44,421 nt of DNA from Burkholderiales bacterium (GCA_006227825.1 SBFS01000093.1:1-44421), one strand, 5' to 3'. Positions 26,142 to 37,903 are shown, numbered from the stretch's first letter. The notes: generated by a model from the letters alone, not told the origin. Program-made: numbers and translations.

Positions 26142-27178
26142 CCAGCGTCCCGCACCCGCCGCCCATCGTCGTCACCATGGGGGACCCGGCCGGTATCGGG
26201 CCGGAGATCGTGGTGGCGGCCACCATGGAGCGGCCGTCCCTGCTCGGTCAGCTGGTGGTGGCGGGCGATGTGGCGACCCTGGAGCGCGCGGCACGTTCTG
26301 TCGCGGCGGCACGCGGCCAGGCCGCGCCACAGGTCGTGGAGGTGTCCGGTCCTGACGCACCGCAGGCCCGCGGGGCGGTGCTGAGGGTCTGGCAGGCCTG
26401 TGAACGGCACCCCACGGTGGCATGGGCAGGCGTCCAGTCGCTTGCGGGCTGCGTGGCCGGCCAGTGCATCCGCCGGGGCGCCCTGGCCGTGCTGGATGGG
26501 CAGGCCAGCGCACTGGTGACTGCTCCGGTGCACAAGGAGGCGCTGGCGCTGGCCGGGATCGAATGGCCGGGGCACACCGAGATGCTGCAGGCCCTGGCGG
26601 CGGAGCACCGGGGCTGTGCCGTGGAGGATGTGCCCGTCCGCATGATGCTCAGCGAACCCCGGCTGAAGGTTGTGCTTGTGAGTACTCACATTTCGTTGCG
26701 GGACGCCATTGCCGCGGTCACTGTGGAGCGGGTGCTGCAGACCCTGGTCATCACGGACCGGCATTTCCGCCATTTCGGGGCGGGGCGGCCACGCATCGCG
26801 GTGGCGGGACTCAATCCGCACGCGGGCGAAGGCGGCCTGTTCGGGCGCGAGGAAATCGAGGTCATTGCCCCGGCGGTCGAACAGGCCAGGGCGCAAGGCC
26901 TGGATGCCCAGGGTCCGTTCCCTCCGGACACCGTCTTCATGCGGGCCCGTCAGGGTGCTTTCGACGTGGTGATCGCCATGTACCATGACCAGGGGCTGAT
27001 CGCGGTAAAGCTGCTGGGGCTCGAACATGGCGTCAACACGACGCTCGGCCTGCCTTTCGTGCGCACCAGTCCCGACCACGGAACGGCCTTCGACCTGGCC
27101 GGCACCGGAAGGGCCAGCCCGCTGAGCCTCATGGCCGCCATCGAGGCAGCCGCCGAGGCCGCACGCGGCCCGGCCTGA
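26138..27178 (+). CDS. pdxA: 4-hydroxythreonine-4-phosphate dehydrogenase family protein
   Basis: TMGDPAGIGPE, TAPVHK, GHTE, GLNPHAGEGG, AMYHDQG, RTSPDHGTAFD. Confidence 0.9.
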   Translation: MTSVPHPPPIVVTMGDPAGIGPEIVVAATMERPSLLGQLVVAGDVATLERAARSVAAARGQAAPQVVEVSGPDAPQARGAVLRVWQACERHPTVAWAGVQSLAGCVAGQCIRRGALAVLDGQASALVTAPVHKEALALAGIEWPGHTEMLQALAAEHRGCAVEDVPVRMMLSEPRLKVVLVSTHISLRDAIAAVTVERVLQTLVITDRHFRHFGAGRPRIAVAGLNPHAGEGGLFGREEIEVIAPAVEQARAQGLDAQGPFPPDTVFMRARQGAFDVVIAMYHDQGLIAVKLLGLEHGVNTTLGLPFVRTSPDHGTAFDLAGTGRASPLSLMAAIEAAAEAARGPA

Positions 27179-27189
27179 GGGACCTGCGC

Positions 27190-27612
27190 TTACTTCTTCA
27201 GGCTGTCGCGGATCTCGCGCAGCAGCACGATGTCTTCCGGGGTTGCCGGCGGGGGCGGGGCCGGCTCGGCCTTCTTGAGGCGGTTGATCTGCTTGATCAT
27301 CAGGAAAATGATGAAGGCCAGGATCAGGAAGTTGATGGCCACGCTGATGAAGCTCCCGTAGGCCAGCACCGGCACACCGGCCTCCCGGACGGCGGCCAGC
27401 GTCGATGCCGTGCCTTCGGGCACGGGGCCGAGCGGCAGGTACAGATCGGAGAAATCCAGGTTGCCGACGACCCTGCCGACCACAGGCATGATGACGTCGT
27501 CAACCAGCGAGCCGACGATCTTGCCGAAGGCGCCGCCAATGATGACGCCGACCGCCAGGTCGATGACGTTGCCCTTGACGGCAAACTGCTTGAATTCCTG
27601 CATCATGCCCAT
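27190..27612 (-). CDS. mscL: Large-conductance mechanosensitive channel
   Basis: [38 protein letters not shown]; AGGAGGAG SD before ATG 27612. Confidence 0.97.
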   Translation of the reverse strand: MGMMQEFKQFAVKGNVIDLAVGVIIGGAFGKIVGSLVDDVIMPVVGRVVGNLDFSDLYLPLGPVPEGTASTLAAVREAGVPVLAYGSFISVAINFLILAFIIFLMIKQINRLKKAEPAPPPPATPEDIVLLREIRDSLKK

Positions 27613-27812
27613 GAGGCTCCTCCTGTCGGGCCGGGCGCCCGTTGCTTGGTGAATGGGTAGGCGGTGGTCACCGGGGTGATCCGGCCGGATTCTCTCACGG
27701 AGTCGCCCGGTCACCGGGCTGGATGACGCCGATCAGGTCGGGGGCGCGGTGCCTGCCCGCAATAGCCCAGTCCGCAGCCCCGGCAAGGCAGGGAGCGCGA
27801 TTTGGGCTCCAG

Positions 27813-27818
27813 TACAAT
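27813..27818 (+). promoter_or_regulatory. Putative -10 (TACAAT) for petABC
   Basis: Near-consensus hexamer 47 nt before petA. Confidence 0.5.
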
Positions 27819-27865
27819 TCAGGGTTGTCCCCAGTGTCCACTTCAATCCAGTTCGAAAGATACCC

Positions 27866-28474
27866 ATGAGTGAAGCAACCGCCGATGCGTCTGTCGACAG
27901 CAGCCGCCGTACCTGGCTGATCACCTCCTGCGCCATGGGCGGCGTGGGTGCTGCCGCCGTGGCTGTGCCCTTTGTGGCCAGCTTCCAGCCTTCCGAGCGC
28001 GCCAAGGCGGCCGGAGCTGCGGTTGAGGTGGACGTGTCCCAGATTGCCCCAGGGCAGAAGGTGGTGGTCGAATGGCGCGGCAAGCCGGTGTGGATCATGC
28101 GTCGCACCGAGGAGCAGCTGGCTTCTCTGGAGCAGATCGAGGACCAGCTGGCCGATCCCCTGTCGAAACGGACCGCCTATCCGACGCCCGAGTACGCCCA
28201 GAACCGCCACAGGTCCATCAAGCCCGAGATCCTGGTCGCGGTCGGCATCTGCACCCACCTGGGCTGCTCGCCCGGGGACAAGTTCACACCCGGCCCCCAG
28301 CCCTCGCTTCCCGATGACTGGAAGGGAGGCTTCTTCTGCGCCTGCCACGGCTCCACCTTCGATCTGGCCGGTCGCGTCTTCCGCAACAAGCCGGCGCCGG
28401 ACAACCTGGAGGTGCCGCCGCACCATTACGTGTCCGACAACATCCTGCTCGTGGGCGAGGAGCGGTCGGCCTGA
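27866..28474 (+). CDS. petA: Ubiquinol-cytochrome c reductase Rieske subunit
   Basis: Tat-type SRRTWL anchor, CTHLGC and CACHGS 2Fe-2S boxes, PAPDNL. Confidence 0.97.
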   Translation: MSEATADASVDSSRRTWLITSCAMGGVGAAAVAVPFVASFQPSERAKAAGAAVEVDVSQIAPGQKVVVEWRGKPVWIMRRTEEQLASLEQIEDQLADPLSKRTAYPTPEYAQNRHRSIKPEILVAVGICTHLGCSPGDKFTPGPQPSLPDDWKGGFFCACHGSTFDLAGRVFRNKPAPDNLEVPPHHYVSDNILLVGEERSA

Positions 28475-28517
28475 TCGGCGCGGGCCGACAGCAGACAACT
28501 GACATCAGAGGCATCCC

Positions 28518-29996
28518 ATGGCTGAATACAAAGAGATTTCTCCTGACGCCCCCGCGGGCCAGAAACTGCTGAACTGGGTCGACAACCGGTTCCCGCTGTC
28601 CAAGCTCTTCAACGAGCACATGGCCGAGTACTACGCACCGAAGAACTTCAACTGGTGGTACATCTTCGGCTCGCTGGCGCTGCTGGTGCTGGTCATCCAG
28701 ATCGTCACCGGCATCTTCCTGGTCATGCACTACAAGCCGGACGCGACCCTCAATGCCGCCGGTGTCCCCGTGGCCTTCGCCTCGGTCGAGTACATCATGC
28801 GCGACGTGCCCTGGGGCTGGCTGATCCGGTACATGCACTCCACGGGTGCCTCGGCCTTCTTTGTCGTGGTCTACCTGCACATGTTCCGGGGCCTGATCTA
28901 TGGTTCCTACCGCAAGCCGCGCGAGCTGGTCTGGATCTTCGGCTGTGCGATCTTCCTCGTCCTGATGGCCGAGGCCTTCATGGGTTACCTGCTGCCCTGG
29001 GGCCAGATGTCCTACTGGGGCGCCCAGGTGATCGTGAACCTGTTCTCCGCCATCCCGTTCATCGGTCCCGACCTGGCCCTGCTGATCCGTGGTGACTTCG
29101 TCGTGGGCGATGCCACCCTCAACCGCTTCTTCAGCTTCCACGTCATCGCCGTGCCGCTGGTGCTGCTGGGCCTGGTGGTGGCGCACATCATCGCACTGCA
29201 CGAGGTGGGTTCCAACAACCCCGACGGCGTCGAGATCAAGGCGAACAAGGATGAAAAGGGCAGGCCGGTCGACGGCATCCCCTTCCATCCCTACTACAGC
29301 GTGCACGACATCTTCGGCGTCTCGCTGTTCCTGCTCGTTTTCTCGGCCATCGTGTTCTTCGCCCCCGAGTTCGGCGGCTATTTCCTGGAGTTCAACAACT
29401 TCATTCCGGCCGACCCGCTGACGACGCCATTGCACATCGCTCCGGTCTGGTACTTCACGCCCTTCTACTCGATCCTGCGTGCCGTGACCTCGGCCTTCAT
29501 GCCCTACCTCTGGCTGTTCATGGTCGTCCTGGGCCTGGTGATCGTCAACCGCGGGCAGCTTTCGGGCTTCCTGAAGCTGGGCTACTGGGGCCTGGTCGCC
29601 GTGCTGTTCTTCTGGTTCGGCGTGCCTGCCGTGGTGGGTTCCTGGTTCGGGATGGAAATCTCCAATGCGCTGCTGGTCGGTTCCGACGCCAAGTTCTGGG
29701 GCGTGGTCGCCATGGGCGGTGCGGTCATCGTGCTGTTCTTCCTGCCCTGGCTCGACCAGAGTCCGGTCAAGTCGATCCGCTACCGTCCGCGCTGGAACCT
29801 CTGGCTCTATGTGGTGTTCGTGATCAACTTCTTCGTGCTGGGCTATCTGGGTGTGCTGCCCCCCTTCCCGCTGGGCGAGTTCGTCTCCCAGGTCGGCACG
29901 CTCTTCTACTTCGGCTTCTTCCTCATGATGCCGTGGTGGACCCGCCTGGGCGAGTTCAAGCCTGTGCCGGCGCGCGTGACCTTCACGCCCCACTGA
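28518..29996 (+). CDS. petB: Cytochrome b of the bc1 complex
   Basis: RYMHSTGAS, YLHMFRG, GYLLPWGQMSYWG, RFFSFH, PVWY Qo motif. Confidence 0.97.
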   Translation: MAEYKEISPDAPAGQKLLNWVDNRFPLSKLFNEHMAEYYAPKNFNWWYIFGSLALLVLVIQIVTGIFLVMHYKPDATLNAAGVPVAFASVEYIMRDVPWGWLIRYMHSTGASAFFVVVYLHMFRGLIYGSYRKPRELVWIFGCAIFLVLMAEAFMGYLLPWGQMSYWGAQVIVNLFSAIPFIGPDLALLIRGDFVVGDATLNRFFSFHVIAVPLVLLGLVVAHIIALHEVGSNNPDGVEIKANKDEKGRPVDGIPFHPYYSVHDIFGVSLFLLVFSAIVFFAPEFGGYFLEFNNFIPADPLTTPLHIAPVWYFTPFYSILRAVTSAFMPYLWLFMVVLGLVIVNRGQLSGFLKLGYWGLVAVLFFWFGVPAVVGSWFGMEISNALLVGSDAKFWGVVAMGGAVIVLFFLPWLDQSPVKSIRYRPRWNLWLYVVFVINFFVLGYLGVLPPFPLGEFVSQVGTLFYFGFFLMMPWWTRLGEFKPVPARVTFTPH

Positions 29997-30025
29997 TTGT
30001 CCAGAACGATTCCGGAGTCAAGCAA

Positions 30026-30781
30026 ATGAAAAAAATCCTTCTGGGCTTCATCGTGGCCCTGGGGCTCTCGGGTGTGGCGCACTCGGCGGGCGTGTCTTTC
30101 CCGCTCGACAAGGCGCCCAACCGAACCAACGACATGGCCGCCCTGCAGAACGGCGCCAAGCTGTTCGTCAACTACTGCCTGAGCTGCCACTCGGCCTCGT
30201 TCATGCGCTACAACCGCCTGCGCGACATCGGGCTGACCGACAAGCAGATCGCGGAGAACCTGGCATTCACCACCGACAAGATCGGCGACACCATGGTGGC
30301 AGCGATCAACCCGAAGCAGGCCAAGGAATGGTTTGGCAAGAATCCGCCCGACCTGACCCTGGTGGCCCGTTCGCGTTCCAGCCGCGCCGGCCCCGGCCCT
30401 GACTATCTCTTCACGCTGCTGCGGACCTACTACCGCGATGACAGCACGCCGACGGGTTGGAACAACCTGGCGTTTCCCAACATCGGCATGCCCAACCCCC
30501 TGTGGGAACTGCAGGGCGAGCGGACGCCGGTGTACGAGAAGGTCATGTCCCACGGCCACGAGGTCGAGGTGTTCCGGGGCTGGGAGACCGTCAAGGCAGG
30601 GACCATGAGCCAGGCCGAGTACGACCGCAACGTCGGTGATCTGGTCGCCTTCATGCAATGGATGGCCGAGCCCGAGCAGAACTCGCGCATCCGTATCGGG
30701 GTCTGGGTGATGATTTTCCTGTCGGTGTTCACCGTGGTCGCGTGGCGATTGAACGCTGCCTACTGGAAGGACATCAAGTAA
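30026..30781 (+). CDS. petC: Cytochrome c1
   Basis: Signal peptide, CLSCH heme motif, PPDLTL, GMP, C-terminal TM ending YWKDIK. Confidence 0.96.
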   Translation: MKKILLGFIVALGLSGVAHSAGVSFPLDKAPNRTNDMAALQNGAKLFVNYCLSCHSASFMRYNRLRDIGLTDKQIAENLAFTTDKIGDTMVAAINPKQAKEWFGKNPPDLTLVARSRSSRAGPGPDYLFTLLRTYYRDDSTPTGWNNLAFPNIGMPNPLWELQGERTPVYEKVMSHGHEVEVFRGWETVKAGTMSQAEYDRNVGDLVAFMQWMAEPEQNSRIRIGVWVMIFLSVFTVVAWRLNAAYWKDIK

Positions 30782-30841
30782 CACAACATCCGCCCCGGCG
30801 GCGACGGGTGCCGGACGCACCTGGCCAGCACTGTGGGCCCG

Positions 30842-30889
30842 CAGTGGCTTGCCGCATCCCCTGGATGCGAAAGCAAGCCACTGTTTTTT
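30842..30889 (+). terminator. Intrinsic terminator-like hairpin between petC and sspA
   Basis: CAGTGGCTTGC-CGCATCC-cct-GGATGCG-aaa-GCAAGCCACTG followed by T6. Confidence 0.75.
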
Positions 30890-30908
30890 GCTTCAAGGAG
30901 ACTTTTCC

Positions 30909-31520
30909 ATGATGGTCCTGTATTCGGGCACCACCTGCCCCTATTCCCATCGCTGCCGTTTCGTGCTGTTCGAAAAGGGAATGGACTTCGAGATCCGGGA
31001 TGTCGATCTCTACAACAAGCCCGAGGACATCGCGGTGATGAACCCCTACGGCCAGGTTCCCATCCTGGTCGAGCGGGACCTGATCCTCTACGAGTCCAAC
31101 ATCATCAACGAGTACATCGACGAGCGTTTTCCGCATCCCCAGCTGATGCCCGGCGATCCGGTCGACCGGGCCCGTGTCCGCCTGTTCCTGCTCAACTTCG
31201 AGAAGGAGCTGTTCACCCACGTATCCACCCTGGAGTCGCGTGCCGCCAAGGGCAATGACAAGGCCCTGGAGAAAGCCCGGTCGCACATCCGGGACCGCCT
31301 GACCCAGCTGGCGCCGGTGTTCCTGAAAAACAAGTTCATGCTTGGCGAGAACTTCTCCATGCTCGACGTGGCGATCGCGCCTCTGCTGTGGCGCCTCGAC
31401 TTCTACGGCATCGAACTGAGCAAGAATGCCGCGCCACTGCTCAAGTACGCCGAGCGGATTTTTTCCCGGCCAGCCTACATCGAGGCATTGACGCCGTCGG
31501 AAAAGGTCATGCGCAAATGA
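30909..31520 (+). CDS. sspA: Stringent starvation protein A (GST fold)
   Basis: MMVLYSG, NPYGQVP, LYESNIINEYIDERFPHP, APLLWRL; AAGGAG SD. Confidence 0.96.
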   Translation: MMVLYSGTTCPYSHRCRFVLFEKGMDFEIRDVDLYNKPEDIAVMNPYGQVPILVERDLILYESNIINEYIDERFPHPQLMPGDPVDRARVRLFLLNFEKELFTHVSTLESRAAKGNDKALEKARSHIRDRLTQLAPVFLKNKFMLGENFSMLDVAIAPLLWRLDFYGIELSKNAAPLLKYAERIFSRPAYIEALTPSEKVMRK

Positions 31521-31578
31521 CAGGCGGCGGATGCGGGCTTGGCCCGGTCCGAGGTCATCCCTCCGGCATCTGACTGGC

Positions 31579-32094
31579 ATGCAGCAGGACGTTCCTTCCA
31601 CGCGACCCTACCTCATTCGTGCCTTGCACGAGTGGTGCACCGACAACGGCTTCTCTCCCTACCTGGCGGTGCAGGTCGGCGCTTCTGTCCAGGTACCGGC
31701 GGAGTACGTCAAGAACGGCGAGATCGTGCTCAACGTCAGTTTCGACGCCACCAGCGGTTTGCGCATGGGCAACGACTTCATCGAGTTCAAGGCACGCTTC
31801 GGCGGGGTGGCCCGCGAGATCATGGTGCCGGTGGACCATGTGATCGCCATCTATGCGCGGGAGAACGGCCAGGGGATGGCGTTTCCGCCACCTGCTGCAA
31901 CCACCACCGCCCCGACGACCGCTGCGGTCACGCAGCCGCCTCAGGCCGGCCCGGGAGGCGGCTCCGGTGCCGCTGCCGGTACGCTGCGCCCGGTGGGGGC
32001 AGGTGCGTCATCGCCTTCGGACGGTGATGGCACCGATCCGCCACCCGTGCCGCCACGCCCTGACGGACGGCCCCAGCTCAAGCGCGTCAAGTAA
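31579..32094 (+). CDS. sspB: ClpXP specificity-enhancing factor
   Basis: RPYLIRALHEW, EIVLN, ARFGG, AIYARENGQGM, low-complexity linker, C-terminal RPQLKRVK ClpX-binding-like tail. Confidence 0.95.
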   Translation: MQQDVPSTRPYLIRALHEWCTDNGFSPYLAVQVGASVQVPAEYVKNGEIVLNVSFDATSGLRMGNDFIEFKARFGGVAREIMVPVDHVIAIYARENGQGMAFPPPAATTTAPTTAAVTQPPQAGPGGGSGAAAGTLRPVGAGASSPSDGDGTDPPPVPPRPDGRPQLKRVK

Positions 32095-32097
32095 AAT
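32092..32097 (+). promoter_or_regulatory. Putative -10 (TAAAAT) for tRNA-Thr
   Basis: Overlaps the sspB TAA stop; followed by GCGAGC, 9 nt before the tRNA 5' end. Confidence 0.55.
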
Positions 32098-32106
32098 GCG
32101 AGCTTC

Positions 32107-32182
32107 GCCGCTTTAGCTCAGTTGGTAGAGCACTCGCCTTGTAAGCGATAGGTCGTCTGTTCGAGTCAGACAAGCGGCACCA
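32107..32182 (+). tRNA. tRNA-Thr (anticodon UGU)
   Basis: 76 nt; acceptor GCCGCTT/AAGCGGC + ACCA, D arm GCTC/GAGC, loop CT-TGT-AA, T arm GTCTG-TTCGAGT-CAGAC. Confidence 0.95.
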
Positions 32183-32221
32183 GGTGCTGCGCCATGCCGT
32201 CTGGCGCCCCGGGCGTGACAT

Positions 32222-32539
32222 TCAGCGCCCGCCTGATTGGATCTTGATCCGGATGCCGGTAACCTGAGCGTCAAGCTGACTCAGGTCCTGCAACAACAGG
32301 GGAGTCAGGTGCCTGAGTTTGGTGGCCGCCGACGGGTTGCTGACCAGCAGGCACCATTGGGTGTCGTCCAGTGGACCGGCCTGCACCTGCGGTCGCAGAC
32401 CCGGGGGAATCCGGTGCAGGACCTGCTCAAGCAGGTGTCTGGATCGGCGGGCACGATCCATCAGGGCCGCCAATGCCGGTGCTTCACCCGCAGCCTGTTC
32501 CAGGCTGTAGGTACGGGAAAGCGACCGTGCGGGCGACAT
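32222..32539 (-). CDS. DciA/DUF721-like protein
   Basis: 105 aa; IPPGL, WCLLVSNPSAATKLRHLTPLLL, VTGIRIKIQ; usual position divergent from M23-secA. Confidence 0.75.
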   Translation of the reverse strand: MSPARSLSRTYSLEQAAGEAPALAALMDRARRSRHLLEQVLHRIPPGLRPQVQAGPLDDTQWCLLVSNPSAATKLRHLTPLLLQDLSQLDAQVTGIRIKIQSGGR

Positions 32540-32579
32540 GGGTGGGCAATATGCGCCAGAGGGCGCCGAAGGACCGAAA

Positions 32580-33515
32580 TTGCACGTCATTATCACGGAT
32601 GCCTGGCTGGCCAGAAGCCAGGCCCTTCACCTCAGCGGATGGAAGCTGCTGCTGGCCGGATTCCTCACCTCCCTGCTGCTGGTGATGGGGGCGATCGCCA
32701 GTTACCACTGGTTCTTTCTGGAGGGGGTTCGCCAGGGTTGGCCCGGTTTCGCTTCGGTGGCGCGCCTGGTGCACCAGAACGAACTCGATTCGAAGGACGC
32801 CTATCTGCGGGCCAACCTTGACGCGATGGCACGCAAGCTCGGTGAGATGCAGGCGCGGGTCATGCAGGTCGATGCGCTCGGTGAGCGCGTCGCAGGGCTG
32901 GCCGGCCTGAACGCGGACGACTTCAAGCGTGACGGCGCCGGTGGTGCGCTGGTGGCCGACCGTTCCCTCAGCCTGGACGAGCTCATGGTTTCCCTGGACC
33001 GGCTCGATGGGGTCACGGAGTCCCAGGTGGACTGGCTGACGGTGGTCGAGTCCCGCCTGTTCGACCAGAGAATCCAGCGCAGCCTGGTGCCCACCGAGGA
33101 ACCGGTTGATGGCGGGCGCATCGGTTCCGGCTTCGGTTTCAGGATCGATCCGATCACGGGCAGACGGGCGATGCACACAGGCCTGGACTTTCCGGCCGAG
33201 AAGGGCACCCCCATTCTGGCGGCCGCCGGTGGTGTGGTGGTGGTGCAGGAGTACCACCCCGCTTACGGCAAGATGGTCGAGATCGACCACGGGAACGACC
33301 TGATCACCCGCTACGCCCATGCCTCCAGGATCCATGTCAAGAAGGGTGACATCGTCCGGCGCGGACAACACATCGCCGATGTCGGATCGACCGGAAGGTC
33401 CACCGGCCCACACCTGCATTTCGAGGTCTGGCTCGCCGGTGTGCCCCAGGACCCGAGGCGCTTTCTCGATGCCGGGGAACAGCTGGCCCGGTCGACCGGG
33501 ACCCCCGCCCGCTGA
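32580..33515 (+). CDS. M23 family metallopeptidase
   Basis: N-terminal TM and coiled coil, HTGLD, YAH, STGPHLHFEV; likely TTG start after an AAGGA SD (ORF track starts at 32538). Confidence 0.92.
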   Translation: MHVIITDAWLARSQALHLSGWKLLLAGFLTSLLLVMGAIASYHWFFLEGVRQGWPGFASVARLVHQNELDSKDAYLRANLDAMARKLGEMQARVMQVDALGERVAGLAGLNADDFKRDGAGGALVADRSLSLDELMVSLDRLDGVTESQVDWLTVVESRLFDQRIQRSLVPTEEPVDGGRIGSGFGFRIDPITGRRAMHTGLDFPAEKGTPILAAAGGVVVVQEYHPAYGKMVEIDHGNDLITRYAHASRIHVKKGDIVRRGQHIADVGSTGRSTGPHLHFEVWLAGVPQDPRRFLDAGEQLARSTGTPAR

Positions 33516-33534
33516 AGGCCTCGTGGCTGCGGGC

Positions 33535-33540
33535 TAAAAT
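33535..33540 (+). promoter_or_regulatory. Putative -10 (TAAAAT) for secA
   Basis: Hexamer 134 nt before the secA ATG. Confidence 0.5.
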
Positions 33541-33674
33541 GCCCGCTTTGCTTCCGAATTTGCCGCCAAGGCCGCCGGTGACCGGCGGCCGCCAGTCCTT
33601 GCGGCAACCCTGGAGCCATCAGATCCACATTCCGCCTGCCGGGATCTCCGGACACCCGTTGCAGGCCCGCACGT

Positions 33675-36419
<2,745 letters not shown>

Positions 36420-36427
36420 TACCCTTG

Positions 36428-36446
36428 AGCGGCCGAGGCCGCTTTC
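36428..36446 (+). terminator. Hairpin after secA
   Basis: AGCGGC-cgag-GCCGCT followed by a short TT run; weak U-tract. Confidence 0.4.
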
Positions 36447-36546
36447 CCCAGGGTGCAGCGCCTGCAGGACTGGCCGGGCCGGTTCCAGGGCGGACTCTGG
36501 ATGAAGGCATGTCGCACGCCCATCCGATCGACAGGAGCCATCCGAA

Positions 36547-37794
36547 ATGCCTGTGAATTTCACCGCCCCGAATCCCCAGGACCTGCTGCCCGTGGCGGGT
36601 GTGCGCATCGGCGTGGCCGAAGCCGGCATCCGCAAGGCCCGGCGCAAGGACCTGACGGTCTTCCTGCTCGACGAGGGCAGCGTGGTGGGAGCCGTCTTCA
36701 CCCGCAACCGTTATGCGGCTGCCCCGGTGCAGGTGTGCCGCGAGCACCTTTCGGCGGACGCCCGCGTGCGCGCGCTGGTTGTCAACACCGGCAACGCCAA
36801 CGCCGGCACCGGGGAACCCGGACTGCAGCATGCGCGGCAGACCGCCAGTGCCCTGGCCCTGGCACTCGGTGTCCGGCACGAACAGGTGCTGCCGTTTTCC
36901 ACCGGTGTGATCATGGAGCCGCTGCCGATGGACCGTCTGCTCGCCGGCCTGCCCGCTGCGCTGGCCGATGCCGCCTCGCCCGAGGGGGCAACCGGGGCGC
37001 AGTGGCTCAAGGCGGCCGAGGGCATCATGACGACCGACACACTGCCCAAGGCGATCAGTCGCCGGGTGCAGCTGGGAGACCGGCTCGTCACCATCAGCGG
37101 CATTGCCAAGGGCGCGGGCATGATCAGGCCGAACATGGCCACGATGCTGGGTTACATCGCGACCGACGCGGCCATCGATGCAGCGCTGATGGACACCCTG
37201 GCCCGTCGCCTGGCCGACCTGTCCTTCAACCGCGTGACCGTCGATGGAGACACCTCCACCAACGATTCCTTCGTCGTGATGGCCACCGGGCAGGCCGGCA
37301 ACGAGCCGTTGCGCTCGCTGGACGGATCCCAGGCGCAGGCGCTGCTGGCCGGCCTGACCGAGGTGGCCCGGCACCTGGCCCACGCGCTGGTCCGTGATGG
37401 CGAAGGCGCCACCAAGTTCATCACCGTGCAGGTCGAAGGCGGCCGCTCGGCCGATGAGTGCCTGCGGGTGGCCTACGCCGTGGCCCATTCTCCGCTGGTC
37501 AAGACGGCCTTCTTCGCCAGCGATCCCAATCTCGGCCGCATTCTCGCTGCCGTGGGCTATGCCGGCATCGATGACCTGGACGTCTCTCGGATCGACCTGC
37601 ACCTGGGCGATGTGCACGTCGTTCAGGCCGGCGGCCGGCATCCCGCCTACCGCGAAGAGGATGGCCAGCGGGTGATGAAGGAGGCCGAGATCCTGGTGCG
37701 CATCGGGCTGGGTCGCGGCGATTGCGTCGAGACCGTCTGGACTTGCGACTTCAGCCACGACTACGTGACCATCAACGCCGACTACAGGTCCTGA
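36547..37794 (+). CDS. argJ: Ornithine acetyltransferase / N-acetylglutamate synthase
   Basis: [55 protein letters not shown]. Confidence 0.97.
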   Translation: MPVNFTAPNPQDLLPVAGVRIGVAEAGIRKARRKDLTVFLLDEGSVVGAVFTRNRYAAAPVQVCREHLSADARVRALVVNTGNANAGTGEPGLQHARQTASALALALGVRHEQVLPFSTGVIMEPLPMDRLLAGLPAALADAASPEGATGAQWLKAAEGIMTTDTLPKAISRRVQLGDRLVTISGIAKGAGMIRPNMATMLGYIATDAAIDAALMDTLARRLADLSFNRVTVDGDTSTNDSFVVMATGQAGNEPLRSLDGSQAQALLAGLTEVARHLAHALVRDGEGATKFITVQVEGGRSADECLRVAYAVAHSPLVKTAFFASDPNLGRILAAVGYAGIDDLDVSRIDLHLGDVHVVQAGGRHPAYREEDGQRVMKEAEILVRIGLGRGDCVETVWTCDFSHDYVTINADYRS

Positions 37795-37903
37795 CCCGGG
37801 CCGTGCTGCGTGAGGCCTTCACCGGGAGCTGCCCCTGCGGCCCGACAGAGCCGGCCACCGGGGCGTTCCCCGCCGGCTCACCCGTCCGATGAGGTTGAGT
37901 GAC

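Noticed and set aside
27613-27812. RegA-like GC-rich site in the mscL-petA spacer
   Set aside because: GCGG-N-CCGC-like matches are too degenerate to call at this GC content
31885-32060. Low-complexity Pro/Ala/Thr/Gly stretch in sspB
   Set aside because: Normal disordered SspB linker, not a repeat element
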